Source: the human T2T-CHM13v2.0 reference genome, Homo sapiens. From it: 64,000 nucleotides of DNA. The DNA lies in assembly GCF_009914755.1 (NCBI RefSeq), contig NC_060930.1, one strand, 5' to 3'. This document shows positions 43,175 through 59,263 of this stretch, piece by piece. The notes under the pieces were generated by a model. That model saw nothing but the letters and a program-made list of their open reading frames with translations, was not told where the DNA came from and did not search any database. A program made the position numbers and the translations under genes. The stretch's first letter is position 1; each line of letters opens with the position of its first letter.

Positions 43175-45980
43175 CACTGACTGGGTTCCTCGAGCAGATG
43201 ACGTTGTGACCGGTGTTATGGTGATAGTGCTCGTCACTTTGCTTGCACCAGGCCGTGAGGAGAGGTGATTCCTGGGAGAGCGAAGGACAGTGCCGGTGGA
43301 AACCTCCTTTTCGGCTGTCACGTTTACTGGTCGGACAGTAATAACTGGACTGACTCCTTCACCTGAAGTCCCAGGGGACCGTTTAAACTGAGACCCTAAG
43401 TGAATGTGAATTTTATTGTCCTCTGTGGTTATGATATTGGCATTGGAGTTGTATTTCCGTACTGGAGTTGGAACAGTCTGTTTTTCTGGGGTGACTTTGA
43501 GGATTGTCCGTCCCATGGGCATTTCCTGGGATTCGGGAGAAACTGCAATCTCAGCTGGTGCTGCTGATGTAGACACCGTCATTATCTGAATAGGGGATGT
43601 GGGCCTGTCTGCAAATGCGCCTCTTCCACTTTCTGGAGTCTTCTCTCTGGAAAATGTAGTAATTGTGACTGGGGACATGGCTCGTTCTGGGCCAAGAGTA
43701 GTATCTCCACTTTTTTGTTTTTGAGGCATAACGTTTGGTGATGGAATAATGGTTATTCTTGGTTTCTGATTCCCTAAGGTAGGAATGACAGTGGTACTAG
43801 AAAAAAATTCTTCAGATGTCGGGCTTGTTATCTCCAAAGTCGCAGTGCTGTTCTCGTGGTCTGGTGTCACTCGAATATGCAGGGGCTGGCCCTGCTTTGG
43901 TGAAAGGACTACCTCTCCTGGGTGCCCTGGACTGGAATTTGTTCGGGGCCCTTTCTCCTGAGTGATGGAGGGGCCGTTTTCCCTCTTTCTCATCCATGGA
44001 ATCCAAGACTTTCTCATAGTGAGCTCATTTGCTGCTGGAGGATACCTGTCTAGAACAGAAGATCTTTCCACGGGTTTCTTCAATCCCACCTGCCGAAGAT
44101 TACTCATAATATGATTTTCTTCCTGGAAGGATTTCCGTATGAATACAGCTGGCGTTTCTTCCTCTGCTGCTTCACCGCTGACTGCATCAGTTTGGACTCC
44201 AGTTGACGTCACAGGAACATCCACCATTCTTCTTCCATTCACACTGGGCCTAAGAGCTCTGCTGTAGCGCTTGGAAAGCTCCAACTCTTTGGTCAGATTG
44301 AGAACCTCCTGCCCCATGTTTTTGTTCTTATTTTCTTCTTCCATAAATCTTTGTTGAAGTACAGAATAATCTACCTGGAGCTGAGAAAGCTGATCTTCTT
44401 TGTTCATTAATTCGTGAATCTTCTCTTTAAGAGCTTGTACTTCGGCTTTTAAGTCTCGACTTTTAGCTTCTTCCAACCGAAATCTGTGTCTCAGTTCAGC
44501 TTCCTGGCTCACAACCTCACCCTTCTCTATTGCTTTATTCTTGGCAATTTGGTGCTTGATCTCCTCTAGTTGTTGAGAGAGGAAGTTAGCCTTATCCTGC
44601 TCAGTTCTAAATTTCTGTTCCAGCTGATCATACTCATCTTCTGTCTTCATCAAATCCCCTTCGACCACTTCCAATTGTTGGAGACGTTTCTTCAGTCTCT
44701 CAATTTCAAGTGTTAGTTCCTTAATCTTATTATCTTCCGGGCAGGTGAGCTCAGACCCTTTTCGTGACCTTCCTCTTGTTATTTCTCTTTCCACTTCCTC
44801 TATACCATCAAGTCTCTTCTTTAGTAAGTCAACACTGCAGCTTAATTCAGAGGATTTTTCTTCTTCACTTTTCAATTTGCCTATCAACTCATCTCTTTCT
44901 CTTGTCAAGTTGTATACTTTTTCCTCCATTTCAGATTTTAGTTTTAAAAGTTTCTTACTTTCTTCAATTAGTTTTTCAGTTACATCCATAACTTTTCCTT
45001 GTTCCACCTTAAAATTTTTATTGAGTCCATCCACTTTTCTCTCTTCTTGTTTTATTTTTTCCATCATATTTTTCCTTTCATCAACCAGCATCACGGTAAA
45101 TGACTTCAACTTGGTAAGATCATCTTTTAGGCTTAATTCAGCCTTTTCCAATCTACTTTCAGAACATTCCAATTCTTTAACTCGACTCTTGACCACCTCC
45201 AATTCATTTAGCAGGTCTTTGGTTAAGTTCTTTTCTTTCTCCAGATTTAAATGTAGCTGGGTGCACTCAGATTTACTCTTGCTAAATGCTTCTTCCAATT
45301 TCTCTAGTTCAGACATTCTCTTCTGTAGCTTCTCAACTTCAAGTCTGAGCTCCTTACTATGGTGTTCTTCCTCTTGCAGCTTCTTCCTCAATTCCCTACA
45401 CTGGGATTCAGTTTTAGTGATCTCCTCATCTTTACCTTCCATTTCAAGCACACGCTTTCGAAGATTTTCCACTTCTGCCATGAGGCTAGAGTTTCCACAT
45501 TCTCCTTTGGCAATTTTATCTCTTAATTCTTGAAGTTCTTCCTCTGCCTTCTGCAGATTTTTGTTGGTCTCTTCTAGCTCCTCGATTCTTTGGGTTAAGC
45601 CAACCAGCTTGAGTCTAAGTTGCCTATTGTGAGACTCTTGATTAGCCAGTTTAGCGTTCATCTCTTCATGCTCTTGAGAAAACCTCGAAGCCTTGTGTTC
45701 AAAGTCCACTTCTAACTTGAGCAATTTCTGTCTGTCTTCTTTGGATTTGGAAGTAATGGCTTTGAGCTTCTCTTCTTCTTCCCTCAGCTTCTGAGTAAGA
45801 TCCTGTACTTTCTGGCTTTGCAGGCCAAGTTGTTCAATGTGCATTTGTCTTTCATCCACCAGCATGAGTGCAAAGGATTTGAGTTTAACAAGCTCATCTC
45901 TTAGTTTATTGAGTCGTTTAGCATTTTCCTTTTCTTTGCGGGCTTGATAAGCCTTTTCTTGTTCAAGGAGCTTTTTTAAC
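43175..45980 (-). CDS. FILIP1: FILIP1 (filamin-A-interacting protein 1) 2,806-nt internal coding exon: long coiled coil and Ser/Thr/Pro-rich C-terminal region
   Basis: 966-aa ORF (LKSFALMLVDER, KSWIPWMRK, TTEDNKIHIHLG); acceptor tattttctag|GTTAAAA at 45981; donor TCAGTG|GTGAGT at 43174; upstream exons lie right of the window. Confidence 0.97.
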
Positions 45981-46349
45981 CTAGAAAATAAAATATACCT
46001 ATATGTTAAAAGAGTAATCAGCAAACAGATTTAAGCATTGATATTAAATAAAAAACAAAAAGCCACTACAATAAATCCCTTATCAATTGCTATAATTTCA
46101 ATGTTTAAAGAATAGCCATTAATGAAATGAATGGGAAGTCAAAATATTAGTTACCCTTAGGGGTAGTGGCTAGAAGGGGGCATGAGGAGGGCTTTGAGTG
46201 TAACTAGTTTCTCTTTTGTAATTTGCATGCTTGCTATACAGGATTGTTTAGCTTACCTTATGAAATTTCAGTAAGCTGAACACTTCCGAGTATCTTTCTG
46301 CATATGTATTATACTTTAATACAGTAGCCATTAAGTAAAACTTAGGTTG

Positions 46350-46580
46350 TGCAATAATAATGACTATTTACATAATGTCTTCTGTATCCTTGGTGTTAGC
46401 ATTTACTTTATTCTCAGAGTAACCCTATGAGATATGTATTGCTACTATCATCACCATGAAAAAACATGAGATACAGGGGAATTATGTAGCCTGCTACAGA
46501 TCCCAGAGTCAGTAAGTGGCAGGGCTGGGTTTCAAACTTAGCCAGGAAGCCTTCAAAATTATTGCTCTCCACCTCTGCAT
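46350..46580 (-). mobile_element. MIR SINE
   Basis: aaccctatgagatatgtattgctactatc...agtcagtaagtggcagggctgggtttcaaac. Confidence 0.6.
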
Positions 46581-47844
46581 CATATGATTTGAGGAGATAA
46601 ATTTACTTTAAATGATGGTAAAGGTTCAGAAAAGAAGCAGCTTTGGGTTTTCTTATTTTAAACCCTTGACGTAAACTACGTAACTGTCACCTGGAAGGGA
46701 CAAAGTATGACTGGCTTTCTGATACAAACACTGATTTACATAAATTGATTTTAGTTCACACCAGAACTGGCACAGGATTTTTTTATTTAAACAATACTTT
46801 TTTAATCAAGAACTAGATAGCAAGAAAATCTGTATATCAATACAAAAATGTGGCAGCCACAGGAATTATTGTTTCACTTGTGTGAAATACATTTTCTCTA
46901 TGGCATTTATGAATATCTGTAAAAAGTAGGAATATAAATATGCTGAAGTAGCTATTTACCATTCTTGGGTTGGTCAGTTAACTTGTACTAATTTTAATAG
47001 TTTTTTTATTTACCCATAAAACAAAATTATAATCATATTTGCCATGTTAGTGTAAGAATGCATTTTAGTAATTAATAGGTTTATAAGGGAAGCAAGTTAT
47101 AAACAACCAATGACATGCACTTATTTAAGTATAATAGATTTTATTCTTTCAGTGTATTTTGCTCCTTTACTATTCTGACTGATTAATTTCATATTTATGA
47201 CTAGATTAGCTGTTAGCCAAGTAAATAGAATTTAATAGTCTCTCATTGCATTGTGTAAGAAATATTTGTGTGTTTTTTTTTTACTTGTCACTGACTGAAA
47301 GCTGGTGTACAAGAAATATTTGAACATACATTAGTAAAGCACAATAGAAGCTATTAATAATTAAATACAGTGTGAGATAAGTATTACAGAAATGGCTCTG
47401 ATCATGTCGTTAAGATTTTTTCATAGAATTTACTTTTATAAAGCATGATTGTGTCTCAGCATCTCTAAACTAATGCATACCCTCCAAAAATCATTATGAC
47501 TTTATTCCTAAAATAGGAGGAAAATATGATCTTCAAGTCCTACTGATTTGCCTAATACTGTAACAGCATCACTAAATGTGGTCCTTACATGTAGAAAACA
47601 GCATTTTATTGACCATGTTCTCTTTTTACTAAAAGTTGAAACAAGTGAAATAATGTCATAGAACCATAGATTAGGGGAGAAACTTTTCAGGATATTTTCA
47701 ACATAAAATACCATTTTCAAATTCCTTGCCCTTAACTGGACTGTTAGAGATTAATTTATTGAAAACGTTACTGCTTCCAATTCTAAGCTTAACATGTTAA
47801 AGCTTCTAAAAATATATTTTTAGGAATACTATGCCTCTATACTG

Positions 47845-48210
47845 TTAGAGGCAGTGGATTGGAGTGACTACAACATAGGTTTTGGAGTCAGACAATCAAA
47901 TCTGAATTCTGACTCTGTCACTTTCTAACTGTGTAATCTCTGGCCAATCACTGAAACTCTCTGATTCTCAATTTTTTCACCAGTAGAGGAAAGAGGGAGG
48001 GATATTAACCCATTTATGCTGGAGGTTGCAATTTTTTGTGTGTGAAAAATCAGACCTTGGTGATGACCTTGAGAAGCAGGATATAAATAAATCCCACAAG
48101 CTTAGCGTTCCAATAATGGAACACTAATACCAACCATATAGAATTGTTGTGAAGATTAATTGAAATAGTAGAAGTAAAGTGACAGATACATAGACTCAAT
48201 ACATGAATGT
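47845..48210 (+). mobile_element. MIR SINE interrupted by MER85
   Basis: tttggagtcagacaatc...actctgtcactttctaactgtgtaatct; resumes catatagaattgttgtgaagattaa. Confidence 0.65.
48009..48126 (-). mobile_element. MER85 piggyBac-family MITE lacking one TIR
   Basis: TTAA (48005-48008) then CCCATTTATGC TIR; internal palindrome GTTCCAATAATGGAAC 48107-48122; second TIR and TTAA absent. Confidence 0.85.
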
Positions 48211-48987
48211 AATAAAGCACAAAAAGATAAGAACTATTGTATATGCTATTGGCTTCATCTGGAAAGACTGTCAGTGCTTTCTATATTTAACCAATAAATA
48301 TTTTTGTCATTATCCTGTCTTTGATAGTAAAACTTGGGGCACTAATGTTTCAGCCAGAGAAAAGCAGAAGGCATTCCAATCAGTGGGAAATTCCATGAGC
48401 TAGAGCGTGATCTCAGCAGGAATTTGGCTTCCAGGAAACCACATTTTTCACGTTCTCCTAGCTGTGATTATTTCTGTTTTTCTAACCCCATTAGCTTACT
48501 CTCCCTCCTATTCTCTTTCACCACATCTTAAACCATGCCCATCTCATAGTTAAAGTGGCTCTACAGAAATACCAGGCTCATTCTCTGTGTGCTCCCAAAA
48601 CCCAGTTTCCCAGTTGGTACAGCTGAGGGTCAGATCCAGGATCAAGGTAAAGTTGCTCAGCTCATTTTGGAAGGCCTGCCAATGCCTTCTGCACAAATAG
48701 ACCTGCAATCAAACTTCTTACAGGCAAGACATTGGGGATGGGAATGATGGGATTCAATACCTGACCTCCTTGATAAGTTCATGTCCAGTCAGTCTCTCCC
48801 GTTATCTAACATTCCTTGCAAATGCTGTGTCCTCTGCTTAGTATTTCCTCCCTGCTCCTTTTTTTTTCATCCTGTCACACGTCACACTCAACTGAATGTT
48901 CCTGGATAGCTTTTCATCCTCCAAGTTTCACTTCAATGTCACTTCTTCAAACCCAATTAAGTCAGAACTTCTTATAGACTCCTATAA

Positions 48988-49314
<327 letters not shown>

Positions 49315-49347
49315 CAGTTTTCTTTTATAACACTTAATCAACATATA

Positions 49348-50862
<1,515 letters not shown>

Positions 50863-51052
50863 CAACTTATAATTTTTTTAATGTCTGCCTACCTCTGTTA
50901 ATGCAAATTCCATGAGGGTAGCTGCCATGTTTGTCTTGTTTGCCCCCTTGCGTAATGCCTGACACATAGGATGTGCTCAAGAAATATTGACTGAATGCAT
51001 AAACAAGAGAAAGAATGAAGATATAAACTTGAATTAGAAACATAAATCTGTA

Positions 51053-51375
<323 letters not shown>

Positions 51376-51799
51376 CAAATATAGATCTGGAAATTACCTA
51401 AATAGAGATGTATTAACTAAAGTTCTCCACGATGCTGAGTGAGTATACATTTTTGTTAAACAGATATTGCAGTTGTTATTAGGCCAGCAATTTTATATTA
51501 ATAGTGGTTATTAGATGAGTTCCTCTGTCTAATGAGCAATGGCCTCCCTTGAAGAACGTGTCCATTTTAATTGTTAGCCTATTAGAAAAGAAATGTGTCT
51601 CTCAACTGAGAAACCTCAAATGAGGGAGGGAGCCTTCTCTATATGGGCTGAGCAAGATATCCCTTACTATCTGTCTACCTGTAGCACTGGAGGCTGAACA
51701 ACCTCTATTTAACCTATAAAACAGCTATGGGAGTATTAGAACAGGCTGAATTAAGGCTTTTTTTCTCTCATAGGTTTTTGTGTCACTAGTTTGTCTTAG

Positions 51800-51985
51800 T
51801 TCTTCTTCCTCCTCCTCCTTCTCCTCCTCTTCCTCTTCTACTTCCTCCTTCTCCCTCTCCTTCTTCTTCAAGATGGCATCTTACTATGTTGTTCAGGCTG
51901 GTCTCAAACTCCTGACCTCAAGCAATCCTCCCATCTTGGCCTCCCAAAGTGTTGGGATTACAATTGTGAGTCATTGTGCCCAGAC
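51800..51985 (-). mobile_element. Alu left monomer (FLAM-like) with (TCC/TTC)n low-complexity tail
   Basis: caggctggtctcaaactcctgacctcaagcaatcctccc...; pyrimidine triplet run 51800-51870. Confidence 0.7.
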
Positions 51986-52290
51986 TGTTGTCGTTTTTTT
52001 GTTTTGTTTTGTTTTTTGTTTTGTTTTTTTAAAGGAAAGGGATTTTCACCCACAGTTGGATCAAAATCTAATGTGGAGCAGTACACCCTTGGGTCTATTG
52101 GGAAGAACAGTGGTAATTAAGGTGACAGAACTCCTAGGAGGAAAGAAAATCAGAGGGAAACATGCGATCATTTTGTCAGCCATCCCACCCTACATAGAAA
52201 TTTTCACAGTGCTAAAAAGCTTAGTAATTGTTAGATTTTTATTTCCATAATGGAGGTGATATTTCCTTAGACATAGAAATGAATGTGATC

Positions 52291-52593
<303 letters not shown>

Positions 52594-53481
52594 GAAATGA
52601 ATGTGATCTCCAAAGTAGAACATATCTAAAGAGAGAAAAAGGATAGGATGGAGAAAAAACTTTGGGAAATGCCCAAAAATGAGAGATAAAAAGAATTAGA
52701 AGGACCTATGGAAGGCCTGTGCAGAGAGAGAAGAGGAGAAACAGATACAGAGAAAGAGGGAGCCATGGAGAAACACAGGAGCACCCAAGGAAGAGGGTTT
52801 TGGGAAGGCAGGAACAGGCTTGTGTCTCACTTTATCCACCTCCCCAGTCGATTCAGCATTCCACTTGCAGATGTTTTTTTCTCTTCCCTCATATTTAGAA
52901 ATCCTCATTTTACATTAAACAAGCATTCGGCATTCAGAAATATAGCATGTATCTATTCACAAAACATAATGCCTATGGCATATTACATCTCTTTTTTTTT
53001 CAACAATTTCCTAATAGTTACAATTTCATTTTACACTTCAAACAATTAATTTGCTCTACATTACTGGGCACCATTTCCGTGTAATTATGCTATTTAAGAA
53101 GCAGAATAAGAGATTTAAGTTTTGCTTGTGCCAACTAGTCTTACCACCTCCTCTCCATTCTCTTCTCCGCTCACCTTCCCATTCTTCAACTATGCCTTGA
53201 TTCTAAATATATTAGCATGAAAAGGAAACAAACCAGAAGACTAAGACTAAAAAAATAAATTAGTACCCTGATTCCCATCAGCAGTCACAGGTAGAGCCCT
53301 AAGTATCCTAAAATCAAACTTTTTCTTGGCAAATTTTAAATTTTCTGCAAGCATTTAGTCCTCTTTAGAGAACAAAGACAAGTAAATGAATTAATAGGTA
53401 TTTTAAATTGTTATTGCCTTTCTTAATAACTATTCTTAAATGTATTCTTAATTTCTTATTTCATACTGAATAAAATTATAC

Positions 53482-53771
53482 TTTTTTTTGAGACAGAGTC
53501 TCAATCTGTCACTCAGGCTGAAGTGCAGTGGTGCCATCTTGGCTCACTGTAACCTCAGCCTCCCGGGTTAAAATGATTCTCCCACCTCAGCCTCCTGAGT
53601 AGCTGGGACTACAGGCATGTGCTACCACACCTGGCTAATTTTTGTATTTTCAGTAGAGACGGGGTTTTACCATCTCGGCCAGGCTGGTCTAAAACTCCTG
53701 ACCTCAGATGATCCACCCACCTCGGCCTCCCAAAGTGCTGGGATTACAAGCATGAGCCACTATGGCCAGCC
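53482..53771 (-). mobile_element. AluS
   Basis: Alu consensus; TSD aaaattatactttt. Confidence 0.9.
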
Positions 53772-54512
53772 AAAATTATACTTTTTAACTTGCAAATTGA
53801 TCACTTATCAGCATGTTCAGAAATTTAATTATTTTCAACTAGAAGACTTTAAAAGTGTGGGCCCAGAAGTTTTTCCTTTTTTATTTTTATTTTTTGCCAT
53901 TTAGAAAACTCTTTATTAATGTGATTTTTTTTACATTTAATTAAATAATGGCAATTGGATTAAAAACCCAGGTAAATGAGTGGCATAGTAGTTCCATTCT
54001 GAGCTCCAAATGTGAGTTTAGAATTTAATAGCTCAACTTTATATTCCCAAACATTCTATGATTGTTGATGGTGCATACATTTGTCAAGATTCATCAAATT
54101 ATGTAATTAAAATTGGTGAATTTTACTGTATGTAAATTATATCTCAATTAAAAACCAGAAAAAAGAAATTAAAACCCTGGAAAGTGTTCCGAGATGTCAG
54201 ATAAAGGGAGAAAGATTGTAAACAAATATTACTAGCGAGTGACTTAAAATATGATAGAAAACATAAAATTGGTTATTAATCTTAAGGCAGAAAGAGGTGG
54301 AAGCACAGGTGGGGAAGGTAAAGAGAAGGGAGCTGACATTTCAGGTGGTGTTAGAGGGGCTGACAAGAAAACTTTTTCTGGTGAGGTAATGTTTCAGGTC
54401 CTAGACAATCTCTAGTCCTAATATTACTTCAAGAGGCTCTTAAAAGCCCACCCTGCCAGAGCAATCAGTCAAGAAAAAGAAATAAGGGGCATGCAAACTG
54501 GTAGAAAGGAAG

Positions 54513-54869
54513 TGACATGGTTTGGCTCTGTGTCCCCACCCAAATCTCATCTCAATTATAATCCCCATATGTCAAGAGATGGACCTGTTGGTAGGTGATT
54601 GGATAGGGGTGGTTCCCCCCACGCTGTTATAATAGTGAGGGAGTTTTCATGAGGCCTGATGGTTTTAAAAGTGGCAGTTTCCTCTGCACTCTCTTTCCTG
54701 CTGCCTTGTGAAGAAGGTACTTAACTTCTCTTTTGCCTTTCACCATGATTATAAGTTTCCTGAGGCCTCCCCAGGCCTGCAGAACTGTGAGTAAATTAAA
54801 CCTCTTTTATTTATAAATCACTCAGTCTTAGGTGGTGTCTTTGTAGCAGTGTGAAAATGGACTAATACA
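54513..54869 (+). mobile_element. THE1 (THE1D-like) MaLR solo LTR
   Basis: tgacatggtttggctctgtgtccccacccaaatctcatc ... ggactaataca; 5-bp TSD ggaag. Confidence 0.9.
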
Positions 54870-55880
54870 GGAAGTCAAACTGTCAGTGTTTGCCAGTGAT
54901 ATGATCCTATACCTAGAAAATCCTAAAGACTCATCCAGAAAGCTTCTAGATCTGATTAATGAATTCAGTAAAGTCTCAGGATACAAAATCACTATACACA
55001 AATCAGTAGCACTGCTATACACCAACAGTGACCAAACTGAGAATCAAATCAAGAACTCAATCCCTTTTACAACAGCTGCAAAAAAATAAAAATAAAATAA
55101 AGCACTTAGAAATATACCTAACCAAAAAAAAAAAAAAAGGAAAGAAATATACCTAACCAAGGAGATAAAAGATCTCTACAAGGAAAACTACAAAACACTG
55201 CTGAAAGAAATCACAGATGATACAAACAAATGGAAGCACACCCCATGCTCAGGGACGGGTAGAATCAATATTGTGAAAATAACCATACTGCCAAAGGCAC
55301 TCTACAGATTCAATGCATTTCCCATCAAAATGTCATCATCATTCTTCACAGAACTAGAAAAAACAATCCTAAAATTTATATGGAACCAAAAAAGAGCCCA
55401 CATAGCCAAAGCAACACTAAGCGAAAAAACAAATCTAGAGGCATCAATTACCTGATTTCAAACTATGCTAGAAGGCCATATTCACCAAAACAGCATTGTA
55501 CTGGTATAAAAATAAGCATGTAGACCAATGGAACAGAATAGAGAACCTGGAAATAAAGCCAAGTACTTACAGCCAACTGATCTTCAACAAGGCGAACAAA
55601 AGCATAAAGTGGGGAAAGTATACCCTGTTCAACAGACGGTGCTGGGATAATTGGCAAGCCGCATGTAGAAGAATGAAACTTGATCCTCATCTCACCTTAT
55701 ACAAAAATCAACTCAAGATGGATCAAAGACTTAAATGTAAGACCTGAAACCATAAAATCTCTAGAAGATAACATTGGAAAAACTCTTCTAGACATTGGCT
55801 TAGGCAAAGAGTTTATAATCAAGAACCCAAAAGCAAATGCAACAAAAACAAAAATAAATAGATGGAACCTAACTAAACTA

Positions 55881-56297
<417 letters not shown>

Positions 56298-56819
56298 TTA
56301 TAAGGAATTTAAATCAGCAAGAAAAAACAAATAATCCCATCAAAAAGTGGGCAAAGGACATGAATAGACAATTCTCAAAAGATGATATACCAACAGCCAA
56401 CAAACATTTGGAAAAAATGCTCAACACCACTACTTATCAGGAAAATGCAAAATCAAAGCCACAATGAGATACCATCTTGCTCCTGCAAGAATTACCATAA
56501 TTAAAAAATAAAAAAAAATAGATGTTGGCATGGATGTGGTGAAAAGGGATCACATCATGTGTGAACACTTTTTTACACTGCTGGTGGGAATGTAAACTAG
56601 TACAACCACTATGGAAAACATTATGAAGCTTCCTTAAAGAACTAAAAGTAGAACCACCATTTGATCCAGCAATTCCACTATTGGGGATCTACCCAGGGGA
56701 AAAGAAGTCACTATATGAAAAAGACACTTGCACATGCATATTTTAGCAGTGTAACTCGCAACTGCAAAAATATGAAACCAGCCTGAATGCCCATCAACCA
56801 ACGAGTGGATAAAAGGTGA

Positions 56820-56925
56820 GATATAGATAATAGACAGATGATAGATGATAGATAGATAGATAGATAGATAGATTAGATAGATAGATAGAGAGATAGATAG
56901 ATATACACACACACACACACACACA
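56820..56925 (+). repeat. Compound (GATA)n-(CA)n microsatellite
   Basis: Direct reading. Confidence 0.92.
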
Positions 56926-57740
56926 TCATGAAATACTACTCAGCCATAAAAAGGAACAAAATAATGGCATTCACAGCAACCTGGATGGAGTTGGAAACCA
57001 TTATTCTAAGTGAAGTAATTAAGGAATAGAAAACCAAATATCATATGTTCTCACTTATAAGTGAGATCTAAGCTATGAGGACGCAAAGGCATAAGAATGA
57101 TACAATGGACTTTGGGGACTCAGGGAAGTGGGGTAGAGGGGTAAAAGATAAAAGACTACACATTGAGTTCAGCGTACACTGCTCGGATGATGGGTGCACC
57201 AAAATCTCAGAAATCACCACTAAATAGCTATCCCTAAAGAACATATCCCTGAACAAAAAACCACCTGTTCCCCAAAAACTATTAAAATAAAATAAAGCTT
57301 AAATAAAGCCCACCCCAACTCCAATATTTGCTAATACCTAATTTTGACAACATATGAAATAAAAGGAAAGGTCTCCTAGGTAGTGTGAGAGCTTTATTAT
57401 TTCATTTAATTTTCATTCCCTTTGAGCAAGGCAATACTATACCATTTTATAAATAAGGTAAATCATTATTTAACTTAAGAGAACATGACTAAGAAGGTTG
57501 GGATTTTGAATCAGATCTATTTGCACAAACACTGTGCTTTCATAACAATGCTATTGCTCAAATGGATATTGCCTGGACAGCTCAGGTTTGCCAGACTCTG
57601 TTTAGGTTAACTTCATCTTGCTTGATTCAGTTTATCTTAGAATTGTCAAGATGCCCCTTGGACTCTATTTTGTCACCCAGAATAACAGCTTATACCTAGC
57701 ATTGTGTCAATGGCAAGATGACCCCAATTATTAATTAAAT

Positions 57741-58419
57741 AGGTCAATGCACAGAGCCTTTCAAAGCACTCTCCAGATCTCCCTCCTGCTGACATCAATC
57801 CATTCAGTAGCGTGGACATTGTCATTCAATTAGCTGTGAGCCCACTGAGCTGTTCATTCTTTATCTCTTCTGAGCTCCCAATCTTCCCCATGAATCTGTT
57901 CCAACCACATCTTCCTCAAATCAGTCACCTACACCCGCTTCTTCCAGATGCTTAGGACTGAAATTTAGAGCCATCTTGAGTAACATCCCTGCATTCAATT
58001 CATCAGCAAATCTTGTCAATTCTGCTTTCAAAATATATCCTGAATCCAGTTACTTCTCACTTCCTCCATTGCTATCCCCCTGGCCCAAGCCACCATCATC
58101 TCTTATCTGGATTATTGCAAGAGCCACCCAGTCTGACTCCCAACTTCCACTCTTGTCCACCCACAGTCTGTTCTCTTCCCAGAAGCCGGAATGATCCTAA
58201 AAGAGGGTAAATCAGATCATGTCACTCTGCTTGTAAAAGGAAGGAGAAACGGGAAAGTGAACACAGGAAACAGGTAGGGCAGGATCAGTATTTTAAGATT
58301 TTTTTGTGTGTGAATATATATATATGAATATATATATATAAGTATATATGCATATATATAAATATAAAATAAAAAGGTCAATGCACAGAGCCTTTCAAAA
58401 CACTCTCCAGATCTCCCTC
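57741..58419 (+). repeat. 45-bp dispersed direct repeat (57741-57785 and 58375-58419, one mismatch)
   Basis: aggtcaatgcacagagcctttcaaa(g/a)cactctccagatctccctc. Confidence 0.92.
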
Positions 58420-58569
58420 ATATATATTTAAGAAACTAGTTTGTTTTTCCTATATAAACATTAAGAGATATATATTAACGTTTCTTCTTAATTTAAAACT
58501 TTGTTTTTCCTTATTCTTTATAAATTAATAAATGAAAACATGCTACTATTGATAAATAAAGAGGTAACT

Positions 58570-59260
58570 ATAGAATACCACCATTTTGAAATAATGGATG
58601 TAGGTAATGCTCATCAGTGTTTCTCAAAAAGAGACAGCCAGACATTATATACAAACCTCCACCCACGAAAGATTCTCTTAACAAAAAAAACCCTGAACCT
58701 GAATCAAATCAAGCTCCTATAACTACTAATTACTAGTTTAAAGGAAAGATAGGAGCAAGGAACTGCTAAATGACCTCATGATGATGCAATCAGAAAAATC
58801 CAAAATGTGGGCAACTACATAGGATAAACAAACTAGTTTCTTCAATCAATAAATTGCAAGATAAAATGGGAGCAGAAAGGGGAACCTATGGATTTTTTTA
58901 AAATTTAGAAGACATATCAACCAATTGTAACCTTTTGGATTCTTATTCAAACTGCTTTTTTAAATGAGATAATTGGAAAAATTATATTGTTGAGAAATAA
59001 TTATTAAGTTTTAGGTTAGATAATGGATTATGGCAAGAGTCCTTTATTTTTAAGTCCTTATTTTTTAGAAGTACATATTGAAATATTTGTGAATGAAATT
59101 ATGTATCTGAAATTTATATCAAAATAATTCAGGGGGGTGAAAAATAGATGAAACCAGACTGGTCATAAGTTAATTAATTGTTGAAGATTATTGATGGGTA
59201 CATGGGTGTTCATTATACTGTTCTCTTTACTTTTGTAAATGTTTGAAATTTTCTGTAATA
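58570..59260 (+). mobile_element. Old L1M 3'-end relic
   Basis: gatgcaatcagaaaaatccaaaatgtggg, tgatgggtacatgggtgttcattatactgttctctttacttttgtaaatgtttgaaatttt. Confidence 0.65.
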
Positions 59261-59263
59261 ATG

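Noticed and set aside
44745-45533. 262-aa plus-strand ORF (and 44764-44991)
   Set aside because: Antisense shadow of the Glu/Lys-rich FILIP1 coiled coil; Ser/Phe/Leu low-complexity product with no independent gene signals.
45981-46024. Start of the 966-aa ORF (MLITLLTYRYILFS)
   Set aside because: Intronic sequence upstream of the acceptor, starting at a non-ATG codon; the exon begins at 45980.
48009-48126. Possible snoRNA (TGATGA box C-like motif)
   Set aside because: Sequence matches MER85 with its TIR and TTAA.
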